In this document: positions 1 through 13,116 of the stretch, piece after piece
Position numbering within the stretch: position 1 is the stretch's first letter
How the letters are laid out: each line of letters begins with the position of its first letter
Assembly: GCA_038087875.1 (NCBI GenBank)
Contig: CM075981.1
Coordinates: 68,386,001-68,450,000, forward strand
Source of the DNA: Malacoraja senta
Lineage: Eukaryota
Reading direction: 5' to 3'
DNA: 64,000 nucleotides
Notes under the pieces: model-generated
Seen by the model: only the letters and a program-made list of their open reading frames with translations
What the model was told of the DNA's origin: nothing
Databases searched by the model: none
Program-made: the position numbers and the translations under genes

Positions 1-619
1 GTGAGAAGGAATGGGTGAAGTTTTGGGTCGAGACCTTCGAAGGATCGAGACCTTTGAAACGTCACCCATTCCTTCTCTTTATTCCAGCTTTTTGTGTCTA
101 TCTTCAGATGTTTGTAAAAACTGAATTTCGTACTTTCAAAGGATATGGTTTGTTAAACAGTTTCTCCCATCTCTTTTCAGAGCACTGGGGCTCTCTGGCT
201 AAGAGTGTTTGACTCATGTTTTCCATGGAGATCACAGAGTGCTTAGAATAGAAGCAGAACATGTTGGGAATACTCCACAGCAACCATGCTGGGTTTACTG
301 GGTGGAACCCAGGAAGTAATGCACATGGGCCTGAAACGTTGCCTCTATTTTTCTCCCCACAGGCACTGCCTGACCTGCTGAGTATCACCAGCATTTTATG
401 ATTTTTTTGCAGAATTGCAGCATCTGCAGTGTTTTATTTTTGCTTATGGTTAAAATATTTAACTCAGGGGAAGCTCATTGCGCTTCTGAGCTTTGCCATC
501 CTGAGGGAAATAGTGCTCACAAGGTCTCCATCCCAATGTTGAGGTAGGGGCAACTTTTTGTAGAAAGAAGGTTGGGGAAGAAGGGATCATATGGGCCATG
601 ATGTATATGGGTCACTGGA

Positions 620-787
620 TGTATTCGAGTTGGATATAGTTCTTCGGGCTAATGGAATCAAGAGATATGGGGAGAAAGCAGGAACGGGGTACTGATTCTG
701 GATGATCAGCCATGATCATATAGAATGGTGGTGCTGGCTCGAAGGGCCGAATGGCCTATTCCTGCACTTATTTACTATGTTTCTATG
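620..787 (+). mobile_element. CR1 LINE 3' terminal fragment
   Basis: Matches the 3' ends of the long CR1 copies in this window (gatcagccatgatcata...gaagggccgaatggcct...tttctatg). Confidence 0.8.
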
Positions 788-1149
788 AGCAGGTGTTTGT
801 AGTGTGGGAGTGAACCAGCCAAGTGTCTGCCCTCTCTATTAGAAGTGATCGTGGTCCATAGTTGAAGGAGATTGTGGATAGTGGAAAGGGGACGTAGTAA
901 ACACATCACCCTTTTTATTATACAAACCTAAGTGTGTGTTCCAGTGTTGAGACATTGCCCAATGCCTCAGTAAGTCAAATTGACTGTGTGCAGTCAACCA
1001 TCTCTGCTGTATGCAAGGTCCATTGACAAAAGTGAATAAAACTTGGCTTGTTTATTGATCATCTTGTAAAAGATTCCACTTCGTTAGAGCCAGCTGTAAA
1101 TCAATCAATTAAATGCCACCTCGAAGAAATGTGTTTGCTTGTAAAAATG

Positions 1150-1735
1150 TAGAAACAAGGAACCGTAGATGCTGGTTTACAAAACTGGACACAAGGTGCT
1201 GGAGTAACTCAGCGGGTCAACCAGCATCCCTGGAGAACATGGATGGGTGATGTTTCGGGTCGGGACCCTTCTACAGATTGATTGTATACGGGGGAGGGAG
1301 GAGAAGAAAGCTGGTATAAAGGAAGGGCAGGGTAAAGAGTGGCAGGTAATAGGTAAGCACAGGCGATAGGGGTTTTAATAAGTAGATGGTTGGACAAAGG
1401 CCAGAGATGAAAAACAGGTATGAGACAAATGGATTGAAGAGTTGCAAATTGAGAAGCCAGAGGAAGGAATGTAGGTGGAGGTGGAGGGGGAGAAATAGGT
1501 GTGAGTCCAGGTGGGGCACAGGGGAGGTGGGGGAGAGGGAAGAAAGGGGGGGGGGGGAAGAAAGGGGAGGGGGAAGGGGGTTGTTAATTGTAAGCTACCC
1601 AAGTGGAATATGAGGTGCTGTTCCTCCAGTTTGCATGTGGCCTCACTCTGGCAATGGAGGAGGCCCAGGACAGAAATGTCTGGTAGGGGAATAGGAAGGG
1701 GTGTTAAAACAGTTAGCGAACGGGAGATGCAATAG
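1150..1735 (-). mobile_element. Penelope-like element 3' fragment (GIY-YIG C-terminal remnant plus terminal repeat)
   Basis: The minus strand of ~1590-1680 reads DISVLGLLHCQSEATCKLEEQHLIFHLGSLQ, typical of the C-terminus of the PLE GIY-YIG domain. It is followed by the terminal unit gacccgaaacatcaccc...gagttactccagca...cagcatctacggttcc. Confidence 0.7.
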
Positions 1736-2833
1736 TCCTTGAATGGTCATTTTATTATCAAATTTGTTGGTCGATTCTGATTTCCCAATGGCTGCTTTGC
1801 CAGTCATCGATAGTGACCTGTATTTACGCCCCACCTTTAACTTAATATAACCACAGAATCAAAAGGACTTGGCATCAAGTTGTGTAAGACAATGAGCAAC
1901 AGCTTGACAAAAGGGATGGAATTTAACAGACATTTAAAGAGAATTAGAGGTAGTGTAAGTGTACTTATTGACTCAGCAAACCAGTAATAGAACATTTACC
2001 AATGCATCAAGTGCTGCTCAACTGATTAGATGCACAATTGCTATAAATCTGCATTCAATTTGTTTGCTGTTAAAATCAGAGGTCTTCAAGTTGTCTGAAA
2101 TTGACGGTTGGCTTTCTGGCCAATAGCTTAAGGTCCACTTATGTCAGAATATTCTGCCCCACCATGACAGAATATTCTAGTAACAGTTGAGATACTGATT
2201 TTAAAGAAATAATTATTTTAGAACTACAGCACAGAAACAGGCCCCGTCGACCCACCTGGTCCGCGCCGACCAGCGATCTCCGTACATTAGCACTATCTTA
2301 CACACTAGGGACCCATAGTCAGGATCGAACCGGGGTCTCTGGCGCTGTGAGGCAGTAACTCTACTGCTGCGCCACCATGCTGCCTGAAATGCTGACTGAC
2401 CATGAACCATGGGTCTTTCAAAGCTTCTATGGAAACCTTTGTCCAAAAATACGTCGGGAGTGAGATTGAAGACCCCCTTACACAGGGTGTTCCCCTTCTC
2501 TGACCCAGGAGTGATGGCAGAAAACCAAGAGGGAACAGCCTTCTGACCTCCGGCAGGGAGGAGTGAGTCTAAGCACAAGGACCCACATCAGGGAAATAAT
2601 CCAAAGGCCAATGGAGGCTCTTAATGGGATTACTAGATCTGGTGATCTGGGGATCTCATGTCACAAGCATCTCACGGGATGAACCAAAGTTGGCAACCCT
2701 CCGGGGTTGTCCTGCTTGCCAAGCCCCCTAGGGTTACGAATGAACTCCAGGGTATGGAGGCATACCCTGAACACCACTTGGAAGGGAAAGCATAACAATA
2801 AGGCATTTTTAAAAACAATTTCATTAGAAACAC

Positions 2834-3153
2834 TTTAATTTAGGCTTTAGAGACACAGCATGGGAAACAGGCCCTTCAACCCACCATGGCTCACTGAGTC
2901 CACACTGATCAGCGATCATCCCGTACACTAGCACTATCCTACACAAGAGGGACAATTTACAATTTTTACCAAAGCCAATTAACCTACAAACCTGCTCGTC
3001 TTTGGAGTGTGGGTGGAAACCGGAGCACCCGGAGAAAACCCACGAGGTCACAGGGAGAACGTACAAGCACAGTACAGACAGTACCCGTAGTCAGGATCAA
3101 ATTGGTTCGTTGGTGCTGTAAGGCAGCAACTCTACTGCTGCACCACCGTGCCG
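2834..3153 (-). mobile_element. tRNA-derived SINE (HE1-like V-SINE)
   Basis: Pol III A/B-box head, central conserved domain and CR1-derived tail. Many similar copies occur in the window. Confidence 0.85.
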
Positions 3154-3344
3154 GCCTAACCTTAAGTTTATTAATTTTGATAGATCCGACAGGGGTCCAG
3201 CAAGGCCTATCTGACAGAGGGAAGACACAACCAGTCAATTGACTTTGAATCATGAGCCCATGGGTTTGGGCGACTGGGCGACTATGATGGTGAATGGGGC
3301 ATGACATGAGATGGTGCGGTTGGAGGGAGGAGGTAATATGATAT

Positions 3345-3619
3345 GTTCAGCATAGTTTTGAGATACAGCGCGGAAACAGGCCCTTCAGCCCACCGAGTCC
3401 ACGCCGACCAGCGATCTCCGCACACTAACACTGTCCTACACACACTGCGGACAATTTACATTTTTACCAAGCCAATTAACCTACGAAGCTGTATGCCATT
3501 GGAGTGTAGGGGGACCCAGAGGAAACGCATGCCGGTCACGGGGAGAATGTACAAACTCATACAGGCAGCACCCGTAGTCGGAATCAGACCCGGGTGTCTG
3601 GCTCTGTAAAACAGCAACC
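3345..3619 (-). mobile_element. HE1-like SINE
   Basis: Same family consensus. Confidence 0.85.
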
Positions 3620-3901
3620 ACCTTGTCCTCTGGAATTTTTCCCACTTAAGCTGTCGCATCTCAGTGCTGGTAAATCTATTGTGTGTACACATGATCATCC
3701 CTGTGCTAATGTTGTGTTAATTTATTATCACTGAATGATGCTCATAGGAACTATTCCAACAGTTGAGAGATATTTGATTCCCTGTGCTTTTCATGAAAGG
3801 TTTAAGATTGATGGGATTAATTACTGACATCAGAAAAATGCTGGAAATTATTATTAAGCCAGTCGCAACAGGATACTTAGAAAATAATAAAATTAATCAA
3901 A

Positions 3902-4565
3902 ATTTAGTTCAGTTTAGTTTAGAGATATAGCGTGGAAACTGACCCTTCGGCCCACCGAGTCCGCACGGACCAGCGATCCCAACACACTATCCTACACATG
4001 TAACTAGTAGAGTGGATAAGGGAGAACCAGTGGATGTGTTATATCTGGACTTTCAGAAGGCTTTCGACAAGGTCCCACATAAGAGATTAGTATACAAACT
4101 TAAAGCACATGGTATTGGGGGTTCAGTATTGATGTGGATAGAGAACTGGCTGGCAGACAGGAAGCAAAGAGTAGGAGTAAACGGGTCCTTTTCAGAATGG
4201 CAGGCAGTGACTAGTGGGGTACTGCAAGGCTCAGTGCTGGGACCCCAGCTATTTACAATATATATTAATGATTTGGACGAGGGAATTGAATGCAACATCT
4301 CCAAGTTTGCGGATGACACAAAGCTGGGGGACAGTGTTAGCTTTGAGGAGGATGCTAGGAGGCTGCAAGGTGACGGATAGGCTAGGTGAGTGGGCAAATG
4401 CATGGCAGATGCAGTATAATGTGGATAAATGTGAGGTTATCCACGTTGGTGGCAAAAACAGGAAAGTAGACAATTTTACATTCATACCAAAGTCAATTAA
4501 CCTGTACATCTTCAGAGTGTTGGAGGAGACTGATGTTCTCAGAGAAAACTCACGTAGGTCACGGG
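3902..4565 (-). mobile_element. HE1-like SINE split by an internal CR1 fragment (3998-4471, +)
   Basis: SINE halves flank a CR1 RT segment ([13 protein letters not shown]...KFADDTKL). Confidence 0.85.
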
Positions 4566-5171
4566 GAAAACGTAAATATGTCCGCTTTGATTGAAAAAAT
4601 AACAATGCTGAGCAGTTGAAAGGGGTTAGTTTTCAGAGAAGCCTGTGTGTCCTTGTACATCAATCACTGAAAGTTAATATGCAGGTTCAGCAAGGAATTA
4701 GATAGGCAGATGGTATGTTGAACTTTATTGCAAGAGGATTTATGTATTAGAGTAGTGATGTCTTGCTCCATTTATATAGAGTCACGGTGAGAAAATTGCA
4801 TCAAGAAAATTGCCTGTGGGTCTTGACTCCCTGCCTAAAGGATGATAAACAGGACAGAGGGAGCTCCACAAAGGTTCATCAAATTGATTCCTAGGTGAGC
4901 AGGGATGTTATATAAAGAGAGATTAAACAGATCAGGTCCGTATTCTACAGCAAAAAACAAAAGGCTGGAGGGACGCAGTGGGTGAGCCGGCATCTGTGGA
5001 GGGAATGGCCAGATGACATTTCAGGTCGGGACTGTTCTTCAGACTGATGGAGTAGGCTGGGAGTAATCAGTGAAAAAGAGGTGAAGGTGGGGCCAAAGCT
5101 GGAAAAGAGAGGTGGGGAGTTTACAAGAATGAGAGGTGGCCTCATTGATATGAATATAATTCTTATGACGA

Positions 5172-7932
5172 TACATAGATACATAGAAAATAGGTGCAGG
5201 AGTAGGCCATTCGGCCCTTCGAGCCTGCACCGCCATTCAATATGATCATGGCTGATCATCCAACTCAGTATCCCGTACCTGCCTTCTCTCCATACCCCCT
5301 GATCCCTTTAGCCACAAGGGCCACATCTAACTCCCTCTTAAATATAGCCAATGAACTGGCCTCAACTACCCTCTGTGGCAGAGAGTTCCAGAGATTCACC
5401 ACTCTCTGTGTGAAAAAGTTTTTCCTCATCTCGGTCTTAAAGGATTTCCCCCTTATCCTTAAGCTGTGACCCCTTGTCCTGGACTTCCCCAACATCGGGA
5501 ACAATCTTCCTGCATCTAGCCTGTCCAACCCCATAAGAATTTTGTACGTTTCTATAAGATCCCCTCTCAATCTCCTAAATTCTAGCGAGTATAAGCCAAG
5601 TCTATCCAGTCTTTCTTCATATGAAAGTCCTGACATCCCAGGAATCAGTCTGGAGAACCTTCTTTGCATTCCCTCTATGGCTATAATGTCCTTCCTCAGA
5701 TTTGGAGACCAAAACTGTACGCAATACTCCAGGTGTGGTCTCACCAAGAACCTGTACAACTGCAGTAGAACCTCCCTGCTCCTATACTCAAACCCTCTTG
5801 CTATGAAGGCCAACATACCATTCGCTTTCTTCACTGCCTGCTGCACCTGCATGCCTACTTTCAATGACTGGTGTACCATGACACCCAGGTCTCGCTGCAT
5901 CTCCCCATTTCCTAATCGGCCACCATTTAGATAATAGTCTGCCTTCCCGTTTTTGCCACCAAAGTGGATAACCTCACATTTATCCACATTATACTGCATC
6001 TGCCAAACATTTGCCCACTCACCCAGCCTATCCAAGTCACCTTGCAGTCTCCTAGCATCCTCCTCACAGCTAACACTGCCCCCCCCAGCTTAGTGTCATC
6101 CGCAAACTTGGAGATGTTGCTTTCAATTCCCTCGTCCAGATCATTAATATAAATTGTAAATAGCTGGGGTCCCAGCACTGAGCCTTGCGGTACCCCACTA
6201 GTCACTGCCTGCCATTGTGAAAAGGACCCGTTTACTCCTACTCTTTGCTTCCTGTTTGCCAGCCAGTTCTCTATCCACATCAATACTGAACCCCCAATAC
6301 CGTGTGAATTAAGTTTGTATCCTAATCTCTTATGTGGTACCTTGTCGATAGCCTTCTGAAAGTCCAGATACAACACATCCACTGGTTCTCCCCTATCCAC
6401 TCTACTAGTTACATCCTCGAAAAATTCTATAAGATTCGTCAGACACGATTTACCTTTCGTAAATCCATGCTGACTTTGTCCAATGATTTCACCACTTTCC
6501 ATATGTGCTGCTATCCCATCTTTAATAACTGACTCTAGCAGTTTCCCCACTACCGATGTCAGACTAACTGGTCTGTAATTCCCCGTTTTCTCTCTCCCTC
6601 CCTTCTTAAAAAGTGGGGTTACGTTTGCTACCCTCCAATCCTCAGGAACTACTCCAGAATCTAAAGAGTTTTGAAAAATTATCACTAATGCATCCACTAT
6701 TTCTGGAGCTACTTCCTTAAGTACTCTGGGATGCAGCCTATCTGGCCCAGGTGATTTATCGGCCTTTAATCCATTCAATTGACCCAACACCACTTCCCGA
6801 CTAACCTGGATTTCACTCAGTTCCTCCATCTCCTTTGACCCGCGGCCCCCTGCTATTTCCGGCAGATTATTTATGTCTTCCTTAGTGAAGACGGTACCAA
6901 AGTAGTTGTTCAATTGGTCCACCATATCCTTGTTCCCCATGATCAATTCACCTGTTTCTGACTGCAAGGGACCTACATTTGTTTTAACTAATCTCTTTCT
7001 CTTCACATATCTATAAAAACTTTTGCAGTCAGTTTTTATGTTCCCTGCCAGTTTCCTTTCATAATCTATTTTCCCTTTCCTAATTAAGCCCTTTGTCCTC
7101 CTCTGCTGGTCTCTGAATTTCTCCCAGTCCTCTGGTATGCTGCTTTTTCTGGCTAATTTGTACGCATCATCTTATGCTTTGATACTATCCCTGATTTCCC
7201 TTGTTATCCACGGATGCACTACCTTCCCTGATTTATTCTTTTGCCAAACTGGGAGGAACAATTTTTGTAGTTCATCCATGCAGTCTTTAAATGCCTTCCA
7301 TTGCATATCCACCGTCAACCCTTTTAGAACTAGTTGCCAGTCAATCTTGGCCAATTCACGTCTCATACCCTCAAAGTTACCTTTCTTTAAGTTCAGAACC
7401 GTTGTTTCTGAATTAACAATGTCACTCTCCATCCTAATGAAGAACTCAACCATATTATGGTCACTCTTGCCCAAGGGGGCACGCACAACAAGACTGCTAA
7501 CTAACCCTTCCTCATTACTCAATACCCAGTCTAGAATAGCCTGCTCTCTCATTGGTTCCTCTACATGTTGGTTTAGATAACTATCCCTCATACATTCCAA
7601 GAAATCCTCTTCCTCAGCACCCCTGCCAATTTGATTCACCCAATCTATATGTAGATTGAAGTCACCCATTATAACTGTTTTGCCTTTGTTGCACGCATTT
7701 CTAATTTCCTGTTTGATGCCATCTCCAACTTCACCACTACTGCTAGGTGGCCTGTACACAACACCCACCAGTGTTTTCTGCCCCATAGTGTTTCGCAGCT
7801 CTACCCATACCGATTCCACATCCTCCAAGCTAATGTCCTTCCTTTCCACTGCGTTAATCACCTCTCTAACCAGCAACACCCACCTCCTTTTCCTTTCTCT
7901 CTATCCCTCCTGAATATTGAATATCCCTGGAT
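5172..7932 (-). mobile_element. CR1 LINE (HER1-like), 5' truncated, frameshifted ORF2 (APE endonuclease + RT)
   Basis: ORF pieces 7172-7879 (GDFN, SDH endonuclease motifs), 5927-7006 (RT: [19 protein letters not shown]) and 5265-6035. Ends in a (TTTCTATG)n-type tail. Confidence 0.95.
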
Positions 7933-8050
7933 GCAAGGAACTGCAGATGCTGGTTTACAAAAAGAGACACAAAGTGCTAGAGTAACCCGCTGAATTAATC
8001 CCGCACTGCGTGTGTTTAAAATTCTCATGGGGTTGGCCAGGTGGATATTA

Positions 8051-8329
8051 TTTTAGTTCAGTTTAGAGATACAGTGCGGAAACTGGCCCTTCAGCCCACC
8101 GAGTCCATGGCGACCAGCGATCTCCGCACACTAACACTATCCTCCACACACTAGGGACAATTTACAATTTTACCAAGGCAATAAACCTATAAACCTGTAC
8201 GTCTTTGGAGTGTGGGAGGAAACCGGAGATCTTGGGGAAAATTCACGCAGGTCACAGGGAGAACGTACAAACTCCGTACAAACAGCACCCATAGTCAGGA
8301 TCGAACCCGATCTCAGGCGCTGTAAGGCA
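8051..8329 (-). mobile_element. HE1-like SINE
   Basis: Family consensus. Confidence 0.85.
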
Positions 8330-8486
8330 TGTAGTCAAAACCTGCTTACCGAATAGTGAAAGGCCTGGATAGAGTAGATGTGTAGAGGATATTCCACTAG
8401 TGGGTGAGTCTAGGACCAGAGGCCATAGCCTCACAATAAGAGGACGTACATTTAGAAATAATAGTCATAATATTTAGACATAATAT

Positions 8487-11277
8487 GGATGAGTTCTTCA
8501 TTAGGATGGAGAGTGACATAATTAATTCAGAAACAAGGGTTCTGAACTTAAAGAAAGGTAACTGAGGGTATGAGACGTGAATTGGCCAAGATAGACTGGC
8601 AATTGATTCTTAAAGGGTTGACGGTGGATGTGCAATGGAAGGCATTTAAAGACTGCATGGATGAACTTCAACAATTGTTCATCCCATTTTGTCAAAATAA
8701 GAAATCGGGGAAGGTAGTGCATCCGTGGATAACAAGGGAAATCAGGGAGACAAATTAGCCAGAAAAAGCAGCCTACCAGAGGACTGGGAGAAATTCAGTC
8801 CAGCAGAGGAGGACAAAGGGCTTAATTAGGAAAGGGAAAATAGATTATGAAAGAAAACTGGCAGGGAACATAAAAATTGACTGCAAAAGTTGTTATAGAT
8901 AAGTGAAGAGAAAAAGATTAGTTTAAACAAATGTAGGTCCCTTGCAGTCAGAAACAGGTGAATTGATCATGGGGAACAAGGACATGGCAGACCAATTGAA
9001 TAACTACTTTGGTTCTGTCTTCACTGTGGAAGACATAAATAATCTGCCGGAAATAGCAGGTGACTGGGGGTCAAATGAGATGGAGGAACTGAGTGAAATC
9101 CAGGTTAGCCGGGAAGTGGTGTTAGGTAAATGAATGGATTAAAGGCTGATAAATCCCCAGGGCCAGATAGGCTGCATTCCAGAGTACTTAAGGAAGTATC
9201 CCGGAAATAGTGGATGCACTAGTGATAATTTTTCAAAACTCTTTAGATTCTGGAGTAGTTCCTGAGGATTGGAGGGAAGCTAATGTAACCCCACTTTTTA
9301 AAAAGGGAGGGAGAGAGAAAACGGGGAATTACAGACCAGTTAGTGTAACATCGGTAGTGGGGAAACTGCTCGAGTCAGTTATTAAAGATGGGATAGCAGC
9401 ACATTTGGAAAGTGGTGAAATCATTGGACAAAGTCAGCATGGATTTACGAAAGGTAAATCATGCCTGACGAATCTTATAGAATTTTTCGAGGATGTAACT
9501 AGTAGAGTGGATAAGGGAGAACCAGTGGATGTGTTATATCTGGACTTTCAGAAGACTTTCGAAAAGGTCCCACATAAGAGATTAGTATACAAACTTAAAG
9601 CACATGGTATTGGGGGTTCAGTATTGATGTGGATAGAGAACTGGCTGGCAGACAGGAAGCAAAGAGTAGGAGTAAACGGGTCATTTTCAGAATGGCAGGC
9701 AGTGACTAGTGGGGTACCGCAAGGCTCAGTGCTGGACCCCAGCTATTTACAATATATATTAATGATTTGGACGAGGGAATTGAATGCAACATCTCCAAGT
9801 TTGTGGATGACACGAAGCTGGGGGACAGTGTTAGCTGTGAGGAGGATGCTAGGAGGCTGCAAGGTGACGGATCGGCTGGGTGAGTGGGCAAATGCATGCA
9901 GATGCAGTATAATGTGATAAATGTGAGGTTATCCACTTTGGTGGCAAAAACAGGAAAGTAGACTATTATCTGAATGGTGGCCGATTAGGAAAAGGGGAGA
10001 TGCAATGAGACCTGGGTGTCATGGTACACCAGTCCTTGAAAGTAGGCATGCAGGTGCAGCAGGCAGTGAAGAAAGCGAATGGTATGTTAGCATTCATAGC
10101 AATCCCAAGAAGCTACTATAGCGCACTCATTCGTTTTCTGTACAAAAATTCAAAAATTTTGGAATGAAATTTTTGAAATCTTTACAAAGTTATTTAAAAC
10201 AAGACTGATACCCAAAGCAGAATGGATTATCTTCGGAATAACGGAAGATGGTCCAGAACTAAATGTGTTTCAAAAGAAACTAATGGACTATGGGTTAATA
10301 ACTGGAAAAAAGCTAATTCTAAAATTTTGGAAGAAGGCTCCAATACCAACTATAAATATGTGGATTTCAAATATGTTTGAAACATTACACCTAGAAGAGA
10401 TAAGACTCCTCCTAGCAGGTAAACCAGATCACTTCCACCTGACGTGGTCTGCATTTGTAGAATTATTACAAATATAGGGTGCAAAAGTACTTTAAAAAAA
10501 AAAAATTGAGGTCAGGTAAGGGGGGATGATAGTTGAAGAGTTGGTATGTCCCATTTACGTAATGCTCATAAAAATATTTGTTTCTCTCTTTTTTTCCTCT
10601 TTCTCTTTCTCTTTCTTTTCTAGGATCTATTCCTTAACTCTTTTTCTTTTGTTTTTAATTTTGCTCTTATAGGGTCTTCGTCCTTTTTTGTTGTCACATT
10701 TTCTACACTTTCACTTTTTCCTTCACTTTCTCTTTTCTTTCAATCTTTTCCTTTTCTAGTGTAAAAAATAAATGGAGTACATTAATTGTAAGAAGATATA
10801 AATGACGAGTACTAATGTATGTGGTTGTAATGTAATGTACTTCCAATAAATAAAAATAAAAAAAATTTAAAAAAGCATTCATAGCAAAAGGATTTGAGTA
10901 TAGGAGCAGGGAGGTTCTACTACAGTTGTACAGGGTCTTGGTGAGAACACACCTGGAGTATTGCGTACAGTTTTGGTCTCCATAAGGATAAGGGGAAATC
11001 TTTTAGGACCGAGATGAGAAAAACATTTTTCACACAGAGAGTGGTGAATCTCTGGAATTCTCTGCCACAGAAGGTAGTTGAGGCAGTTCATTGTCTATAT
11101 TTAAGAGGGAGTTAGATGTGGCCCTTGTGGCTAAAGGGATCAGGGGGTATGGAGAGAAGGCAGATACAGGATACTGAGTTGGATGATCAGCCATGATCAT
11201 ATTGAATGGCGGTGCAGGCTCGAAGGGCCGAATGGCCTACTCCTGCACCTATTTTCTATGTTTCTATGTTTCTATGA
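8487..11277 (+). mobile_element. CR1 LINE, degenerate, interrupted by an L1 fragment and with an internal deletion near 10983
   Basis: ORF pieces 8570-8758, 8942-9133 and 9210-9917 are homologous to the other CR1 copies. Tail is TTTCTATG x3. Confidence 0.95.
10103..10873 (+). mobile_element. L1-clade LINE 3' fragment nested in CR1, 14-bp TSD
   Basis: Homologous to the C-terminus of the 41.7-45.5 kb L1 (KKLILKFWK...MFETLHLEE), with an A-rich tail. TSD AGCATTCATAGCAA at 10089-10102 and 10874-10887. Confidence 0.92.
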
Positions 11278-13044
11278 AAGGAGATGGTGGAATTTCTTTA
11301 GTCAGAGGGTGGTGAATCTATGGGATATATTGCAACAGAAGGCTGTGAGGCAGGAGAATGGGATTGAGAGGGAAAGATAGATCAACCATGATTGAATGGA
11401 GGAATAGACTCGATGGCCGAAATGGCCCAATTCTGCTCCACAACTTATGAACTTATGAGCTGAGGAAGCTGAACTGAACAGCTAGTCAGAACTGAGCTGC
11501 CCATATCAGTTTTTTTTAGAGATACAGCATGGAAACAAGCCCTCCACATCGACTCATTCACAGTAGTTCTACGTTATCCCACTTTCTCATTCGGGCATTT
11601 TTTTTACCGACATCAATTAACCTACAAACCGGCGAGTCGTAGGAAGGAAGGAAACCGGAGCACACGGAGGAAACCCAGCGGTTCCACACACAAAGCACCC
11701 GCGGCGAGGATTGAACCCTAGTCTCTGACACTGTGAGGCAACAGCCCTACCTGCTGCGCCACTGTGTGCCCTTGACAAGGCTGTCCTGCATCAGGCCCCA
11801 TCACTGACTAGTTTCATCCTCAATGACAAAGTGCACAGTTAGTAGAGCTACTGCTTCACAGCTCCAGTAACCCGGGTTCAATCCTGACCCGTTGGTGCTA
11901 ACTGTGGAGATATTGCACCTTCTCTCCCTCGGGTGCTCCAGTTTCCTCCCACATCGCAAAGAAGTGCTGGTAGATTAAATGGCTTCTGTAAATTGCTACA
12001 AGTGTATAAGTGATTGGCAGAATCTAGGGGAGATTTGATGAGTTGGTGGGTAGAATGCCACAGAAGGCTGTGGAGGCTAAGTCAATTGATATTTTTAAGG
12101 CAGAGATAGATAGATTCTTGATTAGTATGGGTGTCAGGGATTATGGGGAGAAGGCAGGAGAATGCGGTTAGGAAGGGAGAGATAGATCAGCCATGATTGA
12201 ATGGCGGAGTAGACTTGATGACCGAATGGTCTAATTCTGCTCCTATCACTTATGACCTTAATAAAATGGGATTAGTGTAGGATTAGGTGTAGGATCAGTG
12301 GTTGATGGTCAGTATGGACAAGTCTATGGACATAGACTTCTCCATACTGACCATCAACCACTGATTTGCACCTATACCTCACTTGGAAAAGCTTCTTTCT
12401 TCTCCTGAATGCAAACCTAGGCTAGTTGGTAGTTTAATTGCCGTGTATAGTGTGTTGGTGAGTGGTAGAATCTGGGTAAAAACGATGGGACTGTGGGAGA
12501 ATAAAATGGGTTAAGGTTGAAATTTTAACTCCTCATCATCCTGTACAAAAAATAACAAGGTTAATTCTGAATTTAATGGCTATTGCGTGGGAGAAAGTCT
12601 TTCTTTTCTCCCACGTATAAGCCATAAAATTCAGAAAAAAACATGTTTCTTGGGTTTTTTTTTTTAGTAGAAAGAAATACTTTTCTTTCCAGATGCCTCT
12701 CCTCAAGGTCTCCCAAAGCACTTTGCAGCCTGCACATTTGTAGCTTAACGAAGGGTTCAGGCCTCTAAGAAAGAAAAGAATGACTACCCACATTGGAAGG
12801 ATTGACTTCAGGAATGACTAAGAGGTGAGAATTACTGAGGTATATTAAATTATCAAAGCATTGATATGATAGATGGTCAGAACCTTTTCTCAGGGTGGAA
12901 ATGTCAAAGATCTGAAGGCATAGCTTTAAGGTGAAAGGGACAAATTTTAAAGGATATGTGTGGGGCAGGTTTTTTCATACAGAGGTTGGCGGGTGTCCGA
13001 AACACAATGGCGGTGGTGGAGGCAGATAGGATCGTGGCGTTTAA

Positions 13045-13116
13045 CCCATTCAATGCCATCCCCGAGTATACTCAGGTCATGGCCAATAGTGAAAAGAAAA
13101 CTTGGCAGTGAACAGG
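13045..13116. mobile_element. 72-bp piggyBac-type miniature element with TTAA TSD
   Basis: TTAA|CCCATTCAATGCCA...TGGCAGTGAACAGG|TTAA (TIR match 11/14). It interrupts an old CR1 3' fragment at a TTAA. Confidence 0.65.

Noticed and set aside
5542-5934. Recurrent 130-aa ORF (also 46977-47369 and 61220-61612)
   Set aside because: It is the antisense frame of CR1 ORF2 and recurs only because the LINE is repeated.
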